DNA of 32,000 nucleotides from Dickeya dadantii NCPPB 898 (GTDB lineage Bacteria; Pseudomonadota; Gammaproteobacteria; Enterobacterales; Enterobacteriaceae): NCBI RefSeq assembly GCF_000406145.1, contig NZ_CM001976.1, positions 3,449,263 to 3,481,262 of the forward strand, read 5' to 3'. Shown piece by piece: positions 1 to 10,015 of this stretch (position 1 is its first letter; each line of letters starts with the position of its first letter). The notes under the pieces were generated by a model. It saw only the letters and a program-made list of their open reading frames with translations, ran no database searches and was not told where the DNA came from. The position numbers and the translations under genes were made by a program.

Positions 1-1812
1 GGGGTGCGGGAAGTCGGCTTTACCGTGGTGTCGATGAGCCTGTCGCTGATCGCGGTGTTTATTCCGCTGTTGTTCATGGACGGCCTGCCGGGGCGTCTGT
101 TCCGCGAGTTCTCGATTACACTGTCGGTGGCGATCCTGATTTCATTGCTGGTGTCGATCACGCTGACGCCGATGATGTGCGCCCGGCTGCTGCGCCCTCA
201 CGCGCCCCGCAGCCAGCCGCGCACCCGCGGCTTCAACCGGCTGCTGCTCGGGCTGCAGCAAGGTTACGGCCGCAGCCTGCGATGGGTGCTGAACCACTCG
301 CGCTGGGTAATGATGGTGCTGCTGGGCACTATCGGCCTGAGCGTCTGGTTGTACATCAGTATCCCCAAAACCTTCTTCCCCGAGCAGGACACCGGCCGGC
401 TGATGGGCTTTATCCAGGCCGACCAGAGCATCTCCTTCCAGGCGATGAAGCGCAAACTGCAGGATTTCATGACCATCGTGCGCGCCGACCCGGCGGTGGA
501 TAACGTCACCGGTTTCACCGGCGGCATGCGCACCAACAGCGGCTCGATGTTCATCAGCCTCAAACCGCTCTCCCAGCGTGATGTCAGCGCCCAGCAGGTG
601 ATTACCCGACTGCGCGCCAACCTGGCGAAAGAGCCGGGCGCCAACCTGTACCTGATGGCGGTGCAGGACGTGCGCATCGGCGGGCGCGAGGCCAACGGCG
701 GCTACCAGTTCTCGCTGCTGTCGGATGACCTGGCGGTGCTGCGAACCTGGGAGCCGAAAATTCGCGATGCCCTGAGCAAGCTGCCGCAACTGGCGGACGT
801 CAGTTCCGACCAGCAGGACAAGGGCGCCGAGCTGATGATGGTATACGACCGCGACGCGATGGCGCGTCTAGGCATCAACGTCTCCAGCGTCAACACGCTG
901 CTGAACAACGCCTTCGGCCAGCGCCAAATCTCCACCATCTACCAGCCGATGAACCAGTACAAGGTGGTGATGGAGGTGGACTCAGCCTACACCCAGGACC
1001 CCAGTTCGCTGGATAAGATGTTTGTGATCAACAACGACGGCAAGCCGATACCGCTCTCGTTCTTCGCCCGCTGGCAACCGGCCAACGCGCCGCTGGCGGT
1101 CAACCATCAGGGGCTGTCGGCCGCCGCCACCTTCTCATTCAACCTGCCGGAAGGCGCCAGCCTGTCGGACGCCACCACCGCCATCGAGCGCACCATGACC
1201 GCGCTGGGGGTGCCGCCTACCGTGCGCGGCCAGTTCGCCGGCACCGCACTGGCATTCCAGCAGTCGCAGCATTCGCAGGTGGTGCTGATCATCGCGGCGA
1301 TCCTGACGGTCTACATCGTGCTGGGGATACTGTATGAGAATGTCGCCCATCCGCTGACCATTCTCTCGACCCTGCCGTCCGCCGGGGTCGGCGCGCTGCT
1401 GGCGCTGGAGCTGTTTGACAAGCCGTTCAGCCTGATTGCGCTAATTGGCATTCTGCTGCTGATCGGCATCGTGAAGAAAAACGCCATCATGATGGTGGAC
1501 TTCGCGCTGGTGGCGCAGCGCGAAGGGAAGCTGCCGGCGCGCGAGGCGATTTTCCGCGCCTGCATGCTGCGTTTCCGCCCGATCATGATGACCACCATGG
1601 CGGCGCTGTTCGGCGCGCTGCCGCTGGTGCTGAGCAGCGGCGACGGTTCGGAGCTGCGCCAGCCGCTCGGCATCACTATCGTCGGCGGGTTGGTGATGAG
1701 CCAGTTGCTGACGCTGTACACCACACCGGTGGTGTACCTGTTCTTTGATCGTCTGCAATGGCGCCGCCGCGAACGCACTGACGCGACCGCGCATACCGAA
1801 CCGTCGGCCTGA
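1..1812 (+). CDS. mdtC: RND multidrug efflux pump subunit MdtC, C-terminal ~600 aa (5' end lies outside the window)
   Basis: The reading frame is open to the window edge. The product has an AcrB/HAE1-type C-terminal half with a large periplasmic loop, TM helices and the tail ...[29 protein letters not shown]. It is followed by mdtD-baeS-baeR, as in the E. coli mdtABCD-baeSR operon. Confidence 0.9.
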   Translation, partial: GVREVGFTVVSMSLSLIAVFIPLLFMDGLPGRLFREFSITLSVAILISLLVSITLTPMMCARLLRPHAPRSQPRTRGFNRLLLGLQQGYGRSLRWVLNHSRWVMMVLLGTIGLSVWLYISIPKTFFPEQDTGRLMGFIQADQSISFQAMKRKLQDFMTIVRADPAVDNVTGFTGGMRTNSGSMFISLKPLSQRDVSAQQVITRLRANLAKEPGANLYLMAVQDVRIGGREANGGYQFSLLSDDLAVLRTWEPKIRDALSKLPQLADVSSDQQDKGAELMMVYDRDAMARLGINVSSVNTLLNNAFGQRQISTIYQPMNQYKVVMEVDSAYTQDPSSLDKMFVINNDGKPIPLSFFARWQPANAPLAVNHQGLSAAATFSFNLPEGASLSDATTAIERTMTALGVPPTVRGQFAGTALAFQQSQHSQVVLIIAAILTVYIVLGILYENVAHPLTILSTLPSAGVGALLALELFDKPFSLIALIGILLLIGIVKKNAIMMVDFALVAQREGKLPAREAIFRACMLRFRPIMMTTMAALFGALPLVLSSGDGSELRQPLGITIVGGLVMSQLLTLYTTPVVYLFFDRLQWRRRERTDATAHTEPSA

Positions 1813-1840
1813 TGCCGCGCCAGCCGTACCTGTAATAATT

Positions 1841-1860
1841 CGCCGGGGTTCGCCCCGGCG
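1841..1860 (+). other. GC-rich hairpin with a UUCG tetraloop in the mdtC-mdtD spacer
   Basis: The sequence cgccgggg-ttcg-ccccggcg forms a perfect 8-bp stem. No T-run follows, so it is not a canonical terminator. Confidence 0.5.
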
Positions 1861-1899
1861 CCTGCAAGGGACAGGATATTCCCGGGAGTAACACCAAGC

Positions 1900-3303
1900 A
1901 TGACCAATCAGCCCGCCTCCGTGCGCTGGCAGTTGTGGATCGTGGCCTTCGGCTTTTTTATGCAAGCGCTGGACACCACCATCGTCAACACCGCCCTGCC
2001 CTCCATGGCGATCAGCCTGAATGAAAGCCCATTGCGCATGCATGCCGTGATTGTGGCCTACGTACTGACGGTGGCGATGATGCTGCCGGCCAGCGGCTGG
2101 CTGGCGGACCGGCTTGGCGTGCGGAACGTCTTCTTCTCCGCCATCGTCTTGTTCAGCCTCGGATCGCTGCTGTGCGCCCGCTCCACCACCCTGAACGAAC
2201 TGCTGTTTTCCCGCGTGCTTCAGGGCGTCGGCGGCGCGATGATGGTGCCTATCGGCCGGTTGACGGTGATGAAGCTGGTGCCGCGCGATCAGTACATGGC
2301 GGCGATGACCTTCGTCACGCTGCCGGGGCAGGTAGGCCCGCTGATGGGGCCGACGCTCGGCGGTTTTCTGGTGCAGTACGCCAGCTGGCACTGGATTTTC
2401 CTGATCAATCTTCCAGTGGGCCTGGTCGGCGCTCTCGCCACCTGGCGGCTGATGCCTAATTTCACCATGCCGTCGCGCCGTTTCGACCTGCGCGGCTTTG
2501 TCTGTCTGGTCATTGCGATGGGCACCCTGACGCTGGCGCTGGACGGGCAGAAAAGCCTCGGTTTGTCGGCGCCGGCGCTAAGCGCGCTGGTGCTGGCCGG
2601 CCTGCTGGCGCTGCTGGGGTACTGGCTGCACGCCAGAAACAACGAACAGTCGCTGTTCAACCTGCGGCTGTTCAACACCCGCAGCTTTACCATCGGGCTG
2701 TTCGGCGGCTGGCTGGCGCGCATCGGCAGCGGTATGCTGCCGTTCATGACCCCGGTGTTTCTGCAAATCGGACTGGGGTACACGCCGTTTCACGCCGGCA
2801 TGATGATGATTCCGCTGGTGCTGGGTAACATGGGGATGAAACGGCTGGTGGTGCTTATCGTCAACCGGCTCGGCTACCGCGCGGTACTGATTGCCTCCAC
2901 CCTGACGCTGGCGCTGGCCACCCTGTTGTTTGCGCTGGTGGCGCTGATGAATTGGTACTGGATGATGCCGGTGGTATTGCTTTTGGTCGGCATGGTGAAC
3001 GGTATTCGCTTTTCTACCATGAATACTCTGACGCTCAAGGACCTGCCGGACGATCTGGCCAGCGGCGGCAACAGCCTGCTGTCGATGTCGATGCAGTTAT
3101 CCACCAGTATGGGGGTGACCATCGCCGGCCTGTTGCTGGGTATTTTCGCCAATCAACATCTGGTGAGCGGCGCGCCGGAAACCCACACCGTTTTCCTGTA
3201 TACCTACCTCAGCATGGTGGTGGTGATGGCATTCCCGGCGCTGATTTTCAACCGGGTGCCGACCGATACCGTTCAACAGGCGACGCTGACCCGTTCTTCA
3301 TGA
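1900..3303 (+). CDS. mdtD: MFS transporter MdtD (14-TM DHA2-like)
   Basis: The 467-aa ORF recalls E. coli MdtD along its whole length ([28 protein letters not shown] ... [22 protein letters not shown]). It sits between mdtC and baeS. Confidence 0.9.
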   Translation: MTNQPASVRWQLWIVAFGFFMQALDTTIVNTALPSMAISLNESPLRMHAVIVAYVLTVAMMLPASGWLADRLGVRNVFFSAIVLFSLGSLLCARSTTLNELLFSRVLQGVGGAMMVPIGRLTVMKLVPRDQYMAAMTFVTLPGQVGPLMGPTLGGFLVQYASWHWIFLINLPVGLVGALATWRLMPNFTMPSRRFDLRGFVCLVIAMGTLTLALDGQKSLGLSAPALSALVLAGLLALLGYWLHARNNEQSLFNLRLFNTRSFTIGLFGGWLARIGSGMLPFMTPVFLQIGLGYTPFHAGMMMIPLVLGNMGMKRLVVLIVNRLGYRAVLIASTLTLALATLLFALVALMNWYWMMPVVLLLVGMVNGIRFSTMNTLTLKDLPDDLASGGNSLLSMSMQLSTSMGVTIAGLLLGIFANQHLVSGAPETHTVFLYTYLSMVVVMAFPALIFNRVPTDTVQQATLTRSS

Positions 3304-3308
3304 GGTGA

Positions 3309-4670
3309 ATGATGAAATTCGGCATTACCGCCAGACTGTTTCTGGCGATTTTTTCCACCTGCATGCTGGTGCTGGTCATCATGCACTTTGGCGTCCGGCT
3401 CAGCTTCGAGAAAGGGTTTATCGACTACATCCGCCGCGGCAACGAACAACGAGTGGTGCAGATTCGCGGGTGGCTGGAAGAGCAGTACCAGCAGTACGGC
3501 AACTGGGATTTTCTGCACAATAACGAGCGCGGTATTTTCCCCATGCTGCGGGCAATGGAGCAGAACAACGATGAAGCCATGCAGGGCTGGCGTACCCGGT
3601 TTTGGGTCACGGATGAGAACCGCCGCCGTCTGATCGGCCCGCCGATTCCAATGCCCGCCGGCAGCAGTTGGCAGCCGCTGACCGTGAAAAAACAGACCGT
3701 CGGCTGGCTGGTGGCCGCGCCGGTGGAAGGGCTGACCCGCAGCGCCGATATCAGCTTCGACCACCAGCAACAGCGCACCAGTTGGCTGATTGTCGCCTTC
3801 ACCACCCTGCTGGCCGCGATGGTGACCTGGATGATGTCGCGCGGCCTGCTGGCACCGGTCAAACGGCTGGTCAACGGCATCCACCAGTTGGCGGGCGGGG
3901 ATTTCGGCACCCGGGTCTCCGCCAACGGACGCGACGAACTGGGGCGTCTGGCGCAGGATTTTAACCAATTGGCCTCGGCGCTGGAGAAAAACGAGCAGTC
4001 GCGCCGCGCCTTTATGGCGGATATTTCGCACGAGTTGCGCACCCCGCTGGCGGTATTACGCGGCGAACTGGAAGCGTTGCAGGACGGTGTACGCCGTCCG
4101 GACGCCGCAGCGTTCGGCTCGCTACAGTCGGAGGTCGCGCTGCTGACCAAGCTGGTGGACGACCTGCACCAACTGTCGCTGTCCGATTTGAGCGCGCTGG
4201 CTTATCGCAAGGCCGCCGTCAACGCCAGCGCCCTGCTGCAGGTGTCGGTGGCGGCGTTCAGAGAACGTTTCCAGCAAAAAGGCATCCGGCTCACCACCCG
4301 TCTTCACCCCGAGGCAATCGTGTTTGGCGACCCCGACCGTCTGAACCAGCTGTTCAACAACCTGATGGAAAACAGTCTGCGTTATACTGACAATGAGGGC
4401 CAACTGGAGGTGGAAACCGAACTGCGCCAGCAGCGGCTGATTATCCACTGGCGCGACAGCGCCCCCGGCATCAGCGATGAACAGCTGGCGCTGATCTTCG
4501 AGCGCTTCTACCGCGCGGAAAGCTCGCGCAACCGCGCCAGCGGCGGCTCGGGGCTGGGGTTGTCCATTTGCGCCAATATCGTTGAGGCGCACGATGGACG
4601 CCTGTATGCTGATCACTCCGCGCTCGGCGGCGTGCAAATCACCGTCGAGCTTCCGTTGCACCTATCCTGA
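3309..4670 (+). CDS. baeS: Envelope-stress sensor histidine kinase BaeS
   Basis: The 453-aa ORF has an N-terminus [14 protein letters not shown]...GFIDYI..GNEQR like E. coli BaeS. It carries a HAMP region, the H-box [13 protein letters not shown], and N/G boxes ([16 protein letters not shown]). The start could be 3309 or 3312. Confidence 0.88.
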   Translation: MMKFGITARLFLAIFSTCMLVLVIMHFGVRLSFEKGFIDYIRRGNEQRVVQIRGWLEEQYQQYGNWDFLHNNERGIFPMLRAMEQNNDEAMQGWRTRFWVTDENRRRLIGPPIPMPAGSSWQPLTVKKQTVGWLVAAPVEGLTRSADISFDHQQQRTSWLIVAFTTLLAAMVTWMMSRGLLAPVKRLVNGIHQLAGGDFGTRVSANGRDELGRLAQDFNQLASALEKNEQSRRAFMADISHELRTPLAVLRGELEALQDGVRRPDAAAFGSLQSEVALLTKLVDDLHQLSLSDLSALAYRKAAVNASALLQVSVAAFRERFQQKGIRLTTRLHPEAIVFGDPDRLNQLFNNLMENSLRYTDNEGQLEVETELRQQRLIIHWRDSAPGISDEQLALIFERFYRAESSRNRASGGSGLGLSICANIVEAHDGRLYADHSALGGVQITVELPLHLS

Positions 4671-4683
4671 CACAGGAATCGAC

Positions 4684-5415
4684 ATGACAGCATCGTCTCC
4701 CGCAGCGGCAGGTGATGAAAGCCTGCCGGTGCTGATCGTTGAAGATGAGCCCAAACTGGCCCAGTTGCTGGTGGATTACCTGCAGGCATCGGGTTATCAC
4801 ACCCACTGGCTGACGCAGGGCGAAGAGGTCGAACCCTGGGTGCGGGAGCATCCCTGCCAGCTCATCCTGCTGGACCTGATGCTGCCGGGCCGTGACGGCC
4901 TGACGCTCTGCCGCGCCATTCGCGGTTTTTCCAACGTACCGATCATCATGGTGACCGCCCGCACCGACGAAATCGACCGGCTGCTGGGGCTGGAAATCGG
5001 CGCCGATGACTATATCTGCAAACCCTATAGCCCGCGTGAAGTGGTCGCCCGGGTGAAAACCCTGCTGCGCCGCTGCCGCTGGCAACATGAACCGCTGCCG
5101 GGCGATGCGCTGCCCGCGCTGCTGATCGACCAGAACCGTTATCAAGCCAGCTATCTGGGCCGTCATCTGGAATTGACGCCCGCCGAATTTCGGCTGCTGA
5201 AAACCCTCTCCGCCGAGCCGGGACGGGTGTTTTCGCGCGAACAGTTGCTCGACCATCTGTATGACGACTACCGGGTGGTGACCGACCGCACCATCGACAG
5301 CCACATCAAGAACCTGCGCCGCAAGCTGGAAATGTTCGATCGGGAAACCTCGTTTATCCGCACGGTGTACGGCATCGGTTACCGCTGGGAAGCGGCCGTC
5401 AGCCAGGAAATCTAG
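4684..5415 (+). CDS. baeR: OmpR-family response regulator BaeR
   Basis: There is a receiver domain ([13 protein letters not shown]...[12 protein letters not shown]) and a winged-helix output domain ([12 protein letters not shown]...[12 protein letters not shown]). I chose the internal ATG at 4684, 14 nt after the baeS stop, rather than the track start at 4582, which overlaps baeS. Confidence 0.88.
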   Translation: MTASSPAAAGDESLPVLIVEDEPKLAQLLVDYLQASGYHTHWLTQGEEVEPWVREHPCQLILLDLMLPGRDGLTLCRAIRGFSNVPIIMVTARTDEIDRLLGLEIGADDYICKPYSPREVVARVKTLLRRCRWQHEPLPGDALPALLIDQNRYQASYLGRHLELTPAEFRLLKTLSAEPGRVFSREQLLDHLYDDYRVVTDRTIDSHIKNLRRKLEMFDRETSFIRTVYGIGYRWEAAVSQEI

Positions 5416-5603
5416 GCGCCGGCTTGTCGCATGCGGCAAGCCGTCAAAGAAACTGTCCGACTCGGTTAAAAATTTGCAATTTTCTCTCAGCTTCCAACTG
5501 CTATAACTTAAGTATTCACGTTGCGGGACAACATGCGCCGGCAACGTGGGGGATGGCGGGTATAGCATACTCATTAAATAAAATAATCATGATGAGGGTA
5601 AGC

Positions 5604-6566
5604 ATGTCGGGATTAGTCAATGGCAAATGGGTCGATGGCGATGTAGCGGCCGAAGAAATCAAAGGCGGCGCGTTTCACCGTCAGGAAACGCTGTTTCGCG
5701 CAACGGCGCTGGTGCCGGAAGCCGGGCGTTATCAACTGTTCGTCTCGTACCTGTGCCCGTGGGCATCCCGCACGCTGATCTACCGTAACCTGAAAGCCTT
5801 ACAAGACGTGATAACACTGTCGGTGGCGGAACCCCGCATCGGCGAACAGGGTTGGGAATTCAGCACCCCGCAGGATGCCGGCGATAAGATAGCGCCGGTG
5901 CGTTACCTGCACCAGCTCTACACCGCCAGCGAGGCGCACTACACCGGTAAAGTCTCGGTGCCGGTGCTGTGGGACCGTAAAGAAGGCCGCATCGTGAATA
6001 ATGAATCGTCGGAAATCATTCGCCTGCTCAACCACGCCTTCAATGACCTGACCGGCAACCGGCTGGACTTTTACCCGGCGGCGCTGCAACCGGAAATCGA
6101 CCGCTGGAACAGCCTGATTTACGACAACATCAACAACGGCGTATACAAAACCGGTTTCGCCAAAACCCAGGAGCACTACGATCAAGCGGTCACAAACCTG
6201 TTTGCATCGCTGGATACGGTGGAAGCTCATCTGGCCCGCCACCGCTATCTGGCGGGCGACGCGCTGACCGAAGCCGACTGGCGGCTGTTCGTTACGCTGG
6301 TGCGTTTCGATGCCGCTTACCACGGCGCGTTCAAATGCAACATCCGTCGTCTGGAAGATTACCCGCACCTTTCTGGCTACCTGCGCGAGCTGTATCAGTG
6401 GCCGGGGGTCAAAGAAACGGTCAAGCTGGACCACATCAAAGCCGGTTACTACAGCATCCGTTGGCTTAATCCCACCGCCATCATTCCGAAAGGGCCGCTG
6501 GTGGACTTCGAGCGCCCGCACCAGCGCGAACTGGTCGGCCCGTCCGCCGGTATCCGCACCGCCTGA
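5604..6566 (+). CDS. yqjG: Xi-class glutathione S-transferase / glutathionyl-hydroquinone reductase (YqjG/ECM4 family)
   Basis: The diagnostic CPWASRT motif is present (YQLFVSYLCPWASRTLIYRNLKAL), with N-terminal GKW...F similarity to E. coli YqjG. ATG 5604 is preceded by GAGGG. The track start at 5424 lies in non-coding-looking sequence. Confidence 0.75.
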   Translation: MSGLVNGKWVDGDVAAEEIKGGAFHRQETLFRATALVPEAGRYQLFVSYLCPWASRTLIYRNLKALQDVITLSVAEPRIGEQGWEFSTPQDAGDKIAPVRYLHQLYTASEAHYTGKVSVPVLWDRKEGRIVNNESSEIIRLLNHAFNDLTGNRLDFYPAALQPEIDRWNSLIYDNINNGVYKTGFAKTQEHYDQAVTNLFASLDTVEAHLARHRYLAGDALTEADWRLFVTLVRFDAAYHGAFKCNIRRLEDYPHLSGYLRELYQWPGVKETVKLDHIKAGYYSIRWLNPTAIIPKGPLVDFERPHQRELVGPSAGIRTA

Positions 6567-6736
6567 TCGCCGCCGACGGCCGGATTGTCGTCCGGCCATC
6601 GGCAGCCCGGCGCGCCAATAGGCTTACTTTTTGTAAGCTGACTACTGATTTTTCCCGCCGTTGGCGTTAGAATCTGCCGCCTTTACTGTTCCCGCCCGGG
6701 AACAGCCTGACCTGTGATCAGACTTGAGAAAACACC

Positions 6737-8116
6737 ATGTTCAAACCGGAATTACTCTCTCCGGCCGGTACGCTGAAAAATATGCGTTACGCCTTTGCCT
6801 ATGGCGCTGATGCGATTTATGCCGGCCAGCCCCGCTACAGCCTGCGCGTGCGCAACAACGAATTCAACCACCAGACGCTGGCGCAAGCCATCAGCGAAGC
6901 CCATGCGCTGGGCAAAAAATTCTACGTGGTGGTTAACATCGCGCCCCATAACGCCAAACTGAAAACTTTCCTGCGCGATCTGCAACCGGTGGTCGAAATG
7001 AACCCGGACGCGCTGATCATGTCCGATCCCGGCCTGATCATGCTGGTGCGGGAAAACTTTCCCCATATGCCGATCCACCTGTCGGTACAGGCCAACGCCG
7101 TTAACTGGGCGACGGTGAAATTCTGGCAGCAGATGGGGCTAAGCCGGGTGATTCTGTCGCGCGAGTTGTCGCTGGAAGAAATTGCCGAAATCCGCGCCCA
7201 GGTGCCGGAAATGGAACTGGAAATCTTCGTCCACGGCGCGCTGTGCATGGCCTATTCCGGCCGCTGCCTGCTGTCCGGTTATATCAATAAGCGCGACCCG
7301 AATCAGGGCACCTGCACCAACGCCTGCCGCTGGGAATACAACGTGCAGGAAGGTAAAGAGGACGCCGTCGGCAACATCGTACACATCCACGAGCCGATTG
7401 CCGTCACGCAGCTCGACGCCGCCGTTCAAGTGGAACCGACGCTGGGTATCGGCGCGCCCACCGACAAGGTATTCATGCTGGAAGAGAAGCAGCGTCCGGG
7501 CGAATACATGAGCGCGTTTGAAGACGAACACGGCACCTACATCATGAACTCGCGCGACCTGCGCGCCATTCAGCACGTGGAACGACTGACCACCATGCAG
7601 GTTGCCTCGCTGAAAATCGAAGGCCGCACCAAATCGTTCTACTACTGCGCCCGTACCGCGCAGGTGTATCGCCGCGCCATTGACGACGCCGCAGCGGGCA
7701 AGCCGTTCGACCCAACGCTGCTGCAAACGCTGGAAGGGCTGGCGCACCGCGGTTACACCGAAGGCTTCCTGCGTCGCCACGTCCATGAGGATTACCAGAA
7801 TTACGACTACGGTTATTCGGTGTCGGACCAGCAGCAGTTTGTCGGGGAATTTACCGGCGAGCGGCGCGACGGGCTGGCGGAAGTGGCGGTCAAGAACAAG
7901 TTCTCCCGCGGCGACAGCGTGGAAATGATGACGCCGGGCGGCAACATCCAGTTCACCATCGATACCCTGCTCAACACGAAAGGTCAGGCGATCGATGTCG
8001 CGCCGGGTGACGGTCATACGGTGTATCTGCCGGTGCCGGACGACATCGCGCTGGAATATGCGTTGCTGCTGCGTAATCTGCCGGGCACCAACACCCGCAA
8101 TCCACACGCGAAATAA
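6737..8116 (+). CDS. yegQ: U32-family protein YegQ (TrhP, tRNA 5-hydroxyuridine formation)
   Basis: The N-terminus MFKPELLSPAGTLKNMRYAFAYGADA.YAGQPRYSLRVRNNEFNH... is nearly identical to E. coli YegQ. CyaR lies downstream, as in E. coli. Confidence 0.92.
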   Translation: MFKPELLSPAGTLKNMRYAFAYGADAIYAGQPRYSLRVRNNEFNHQTLAQAISEAHALGKKFYVVVNIAPHNAKLKTFLRDLQPVVEMNPDALIMSDPGLIMLVRENFPHMPIHLSVQANAVNWATVKFWQQMGLSRVILSRELSLEEIAEIRAQVPEMELEIFVHGALCMAYSGRCLLSGYINKRDPNQGTCTNACRWEYNVQEGKEDAVGNIVHIHEPIAVTQLDAAVQVEPTLGIGAPTDKVFMLEEKQRPGEYMSAFEDEHGTYIMNSRDLRAIQHVERLTTMQVASLKIEGRTKSFYYCARTAQVYRRAIDDAAAGKPFDPTLLQTLEGLAHRGYTEGFLRRHVHEDYQNYDYGYSVSDQQQFVGEFTGERRDGLAEVAVKNKFSRGDSVEMMTPGGNIQFTIDTLLNTKGQAIDVAPGDGHTVYLPVPDDIALEYALLLRNLPGTNTRNPHAK

Positions 8117-8153
8117 CAAAAAGGTGACACTATCGTACCAATTGTGACATTTT

Positions 8154-8169
8154 TTAGAATCAGATCACA
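8154..8169 (+). promoter_or_regulatory. CRP-binding site of the cyaR promoter (class II, centred at about -41.5)
   Basis: TTAGA-atcaga-TCACA has a consensus right half and a 3/5 left half. The -10 TACTAT lies at 8191-8196. The inferred +1 at 8203 puts the site centre 41.5 bp upstream. Confidence 0.6.
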
Positions 8170-8202
8170 TCAATGACCTGGCTAACTGGTTACTATTGCA
8201 GC

Positions 8203-8296
8203 GCTGAGAAAATACAAAACGAAAAATAAGCGTAGTTATGCTACTAGGAACCACCTCCTTGGCCAGCTCAATCTCCCTTGAGCTGGCTTTTTCTTT
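8203..8296 (+). ncRNA. cyaR: CyaR (RyeE) Hfq-dependent sRNA
   Basis: The sequence gctgagaaaa...ctaggaaccacctccttggcc-agctcaatctcccttgagct-ggcttttt matches the remembered E. coli CyaR: GCUGAAAAAC at the 5' end, the conserved AGGAACCACCUCCUU seed, and an AAUCUCCCUU terminator loop. It occupies the same position, directly downstream of yegQ. Confidence 0.85.
8262..8296 (+). terminator. Intrinsic terminator of CyaR
   Basis: A 10-bp stem gccagctcaa/ttgagctggc with loop tctccc is followed by tttttcttt. Confidence 0.85.
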
Positions 8297-8301
8297 GGTG
8301 G

Positions 8302-8709
8302 TTATTCCCGCTTCAGGCGCGGGCTGTTGACCAGATAAAGCGTGATCACCAGAATCAGGATCGCCCCGGCATAGATGAACGTATCCGCCGGGTTTTTATG
8401 GTCGACGATAATCAGCCGCACGATGGCGGTAATACCGATGTAGATAAAATAGCGCAGCGGGAAGTGATAGCCGGACAGGAAATACTTCACGATCAGCGCC
8501 AGAAACTCAAAGTAGAGAAAATAAATCACCAGGCTTTCGATCAGCATATAGGACGACTCTTTCTCATTGCTGACCAGCAGTACCGTCGCCAGATGCCAGG
8601 TCTCCTTGCCCAGAAAGATCACCAGAATCACCGCCAGCACCAACAGGCCGAAATTGAGTATGGTCTGCAACCCTTTGGCAATCATGACCGCACGCGCTGA
8701 ACCCGCCAT
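8302..8709 (-). CDS. psiE: Phosphate-starvation-inducible inner membrane protein PsiE
   Basis: The product is collinear with E. coli PsiE (...FLGKET.HLA.VL...[39 protein letters not shown]...). ATG 8709 has AGGAG 6 nt upstream. The track start at 8820 is a TTG reading through promoter repeats. Confidence 0.9.
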   Translation of the reverse strand: MAGSARAVMIAKGLQTILNFGLLVLAVILVIFLGKETWHLATVLLVSNEKESSYMLIESLVIYFLYFEFLALIVKYFLSGYHFPLRYFIYIGITAIVRLIIVDHKNPADTFIYAGAILILVITLYLVNSPRLKRE

Positions 8710-8727
8710 GAACATCTCCTCAACAAT

Positions 8728-8779
8728 ATTATTCAGAGAACAATTATTCAGAGAACAACCCGAATTATTCAGAGAACAA
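8728..8779. repeat. Three direct copies of ATTATTCAGAGAACAA just upstream of psiE
   Basis: Exact 16-mers start at 8728, 8743 and 8764, with spacings of 15 and 21 bp. They lie 19-70 nt upstream of the psiE start codon. Confidence 0.9.
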
Positions 8780-9015
8780 CACGACTCAGAAAAAACATCA
8801 CCCCAGAATCCGGCGTTCAATAGCCCTGCCCGCAGGCAATAATCTGACGCAGATCACAAAATTACCGGGTCATGAACAGGCTGTCTATGCAATATTTTTA
8901 CCCATTCGCCAATTTATCCGCGAAGTTACGCCGGCAATGAGCAAGCGCCGCCAGAGATCAACCTGCATGCATGGCACATGACATGCGCAACGCCACCGTG
9001 AGGTCACGCACCGAC

Positions 9016-9795
9016 ATGAACAATCCGCTCTCCGTCTGCGCCGAAATGGTTTTCCCTGAACTCCCGTTCATCGAACGCGTCAGGCATATTCATGCGTTGG
9101 GTTTCGGCGTTGAAATGTGGAGCTGGGAACACAAGGACCTCACCGCACTGGCGGCTACCGGCGCCCGCTTTACCTCCATGTCCGGTTTTCTGGCCGGGAA
9201 CCTCACCGATAGTGAAGGGATCCGCCGGCTATTAACCACCGCTCGGGCGTCGCTGGCCGCGGCCGACAAGCTGGATTGTCTGAACCTTAATCTCACCGGC
9301 AGCGTGCTGGATGCCAGCGGGTTGCCGGTAACGCCGGTTGATACCCTTACCGGCTCAATGTGGTTAAACGCCGCCGCCGCGCTGCATGAGGTTGCCCGCC
9401 TGGGCGAGCAATACGGCCGCGTTTTTACGCTGGAAAATCTCAACGTGGATGTCGACCACCCGGGAACGCCGTTTGCCAAAGCCAGCGAAACGTTCGCGCT
9501 GGTTGCCGCCGTCAACAGCCCTTACCTGAAGATGAATCTCGACCTCTATCACGCACAAATCGGCGAAGGCAATCTCACCGAGCTGATTCGCCGCTGTCAC
9601 CCCTTTATCGGGGAAATCCAGGTGGCCGACGTACCGGGCCGCCACCAGCCGGGAACCGGCGAGATCAATTACCGGTACATCGCCAGAACGCTGCATGAGG
9701 TGGATTACCGCGGGCCGATAGCGCTGGAAGGGTGGGCGCAGGGAGATGACGCAGAGGCGTTAGAACAGTTTCGGGCGCATTTCACGCTGGGCTGA
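9016..9795 (+). CDS. Hydroxypyruvate isomerase (Hyi)-family TIM-barrel protein
   Basis: Hyi-family signatures are present: ...LENLN..VDHPG..., LDLYHAQIGEGNL, and GEIQVADVPGRHQPGTGEINY. The start is uncertain (ATG at 8971, 8983 or 9016); I chose 9016 by alignment to the usual Hyi N-terminus. Confidence 0.75.
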   Translation: MNNPLSVCAEMVFPELPFIERVRHIHALGFGVEMWSWEHKDLTALAATGARFTSMSGFLAGNLTDSEGIRRLLTTARASLAAADKLDCLNLNLTGSVLDASGLPVTPVDTLTGSMWLNAAAALHEVARLGEQYGRVFTLENLNVDVDHPGTPFAKASETFALVAAVNSPYLKMNLDLYHAQIGEGNLTELIRRCHPFIGEIQVADVPGRHQPGTGEINYRYIARTLHEVDYRGPIALEGWAQGDDAEALEQFRAHFTLG

Positions 9796-9905
9796 TTCGC
9801 CCGGCCGGCGTCCAGCACACCGGCATCGCCGTCGTGGAGTTGCCAGCCTGATTTGCTGTAACACCGGATTTGCTGCGATCCCTCTGTTCTGTCATACGCA
9901 TTTCC

Positions 9906-9921
9906 TGTGATAAATCTCGCA
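9906..9921. promoter_or_regulatory. Candidate CRP site upstream of the transporter operon
   Basis: TGTGA-taaatc-TCGCA gives 9 of 10 half-site matches with correct 6-bp spacing. The promoter elements downstream of it are not clearly identifiable. Confidence 0.4.
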
Positions 9922-9949
9922 TTTCCAAAACGTACCCAGAGAGTTCAGT

Positions 9950-9967
9950 AAAGTAATCGATTACTTT
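9950..9967. promoter_or_regulatory. LacI-family-type operator O1 (perfect 18-bp palindrome)
   Basis: AAAGTAATC|GATTACTTT has the central CG typical of LacI/GalR operators. The same core recurs at 9985 and 15680. Confidence 0.7.
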
Positions 9968-9984
9968 CTACCTGAAGGCACTTT

Positions 9985-9996
9985 GTAATCGATTAC
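9985..9996. promoter_or_regulatory. LacI-family-type operator O2 (12-bp core palindrome)
   Basis: GTAATCGATTAC lies 20 nt upstream of the transporter start codon. Confidence 0.65.
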
Positions 9997-10015
9997 TTTT
10001 AAAAGGCGGGAGAGT

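Noticed and set aside
142-2391. Several minus- and plus-strand ORFs (e.g. 142-789, 1311-1907, 1441-2391) overlapping mdtC/mdtD
   Set aside because: They are antisense or out-of-frame shadows of the RND and MFS genes. The products are Arg/His/Gln-rich with no recognisable domains.
3273-5574. Long minus-strand ORFs (3273-4031, 3425-4150, 4122-4661, 4639-5574) opposite baeS/baeR
   Set aside because: The same shadow-ORF pattern applies, and the sense-strand genes are fully explained by BaeS and BaeR homology.
5424-5603. 60-aa N-terminal extension of the GST ORF
   Set aside because: It shows no family similarity and looks non-coding (AT-rich promoter-like sequence). The YqjG-like alignment begins at MSGLVNGKW, with an SD before 5604.
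8144-8169. TGTGA (8143-8147) paired with TCACA (8165-8169) as a CRP site
   Set aside because: The half-sites are 17 bp apart rather than 6. The properly spaced partner of TCACA is TTAGA at 8154-8158, which is the site I report.
8710-8820. N-terminal extension of psiE containing a CSLNN repeat
   Set aside because: It starts at a TTG without an SD. The repeat is the translated image of the 16-bp promoter-region direct repeats. E. coli PsiE aligns from the ATG at 8709, which has a well-spaced AGGAG.
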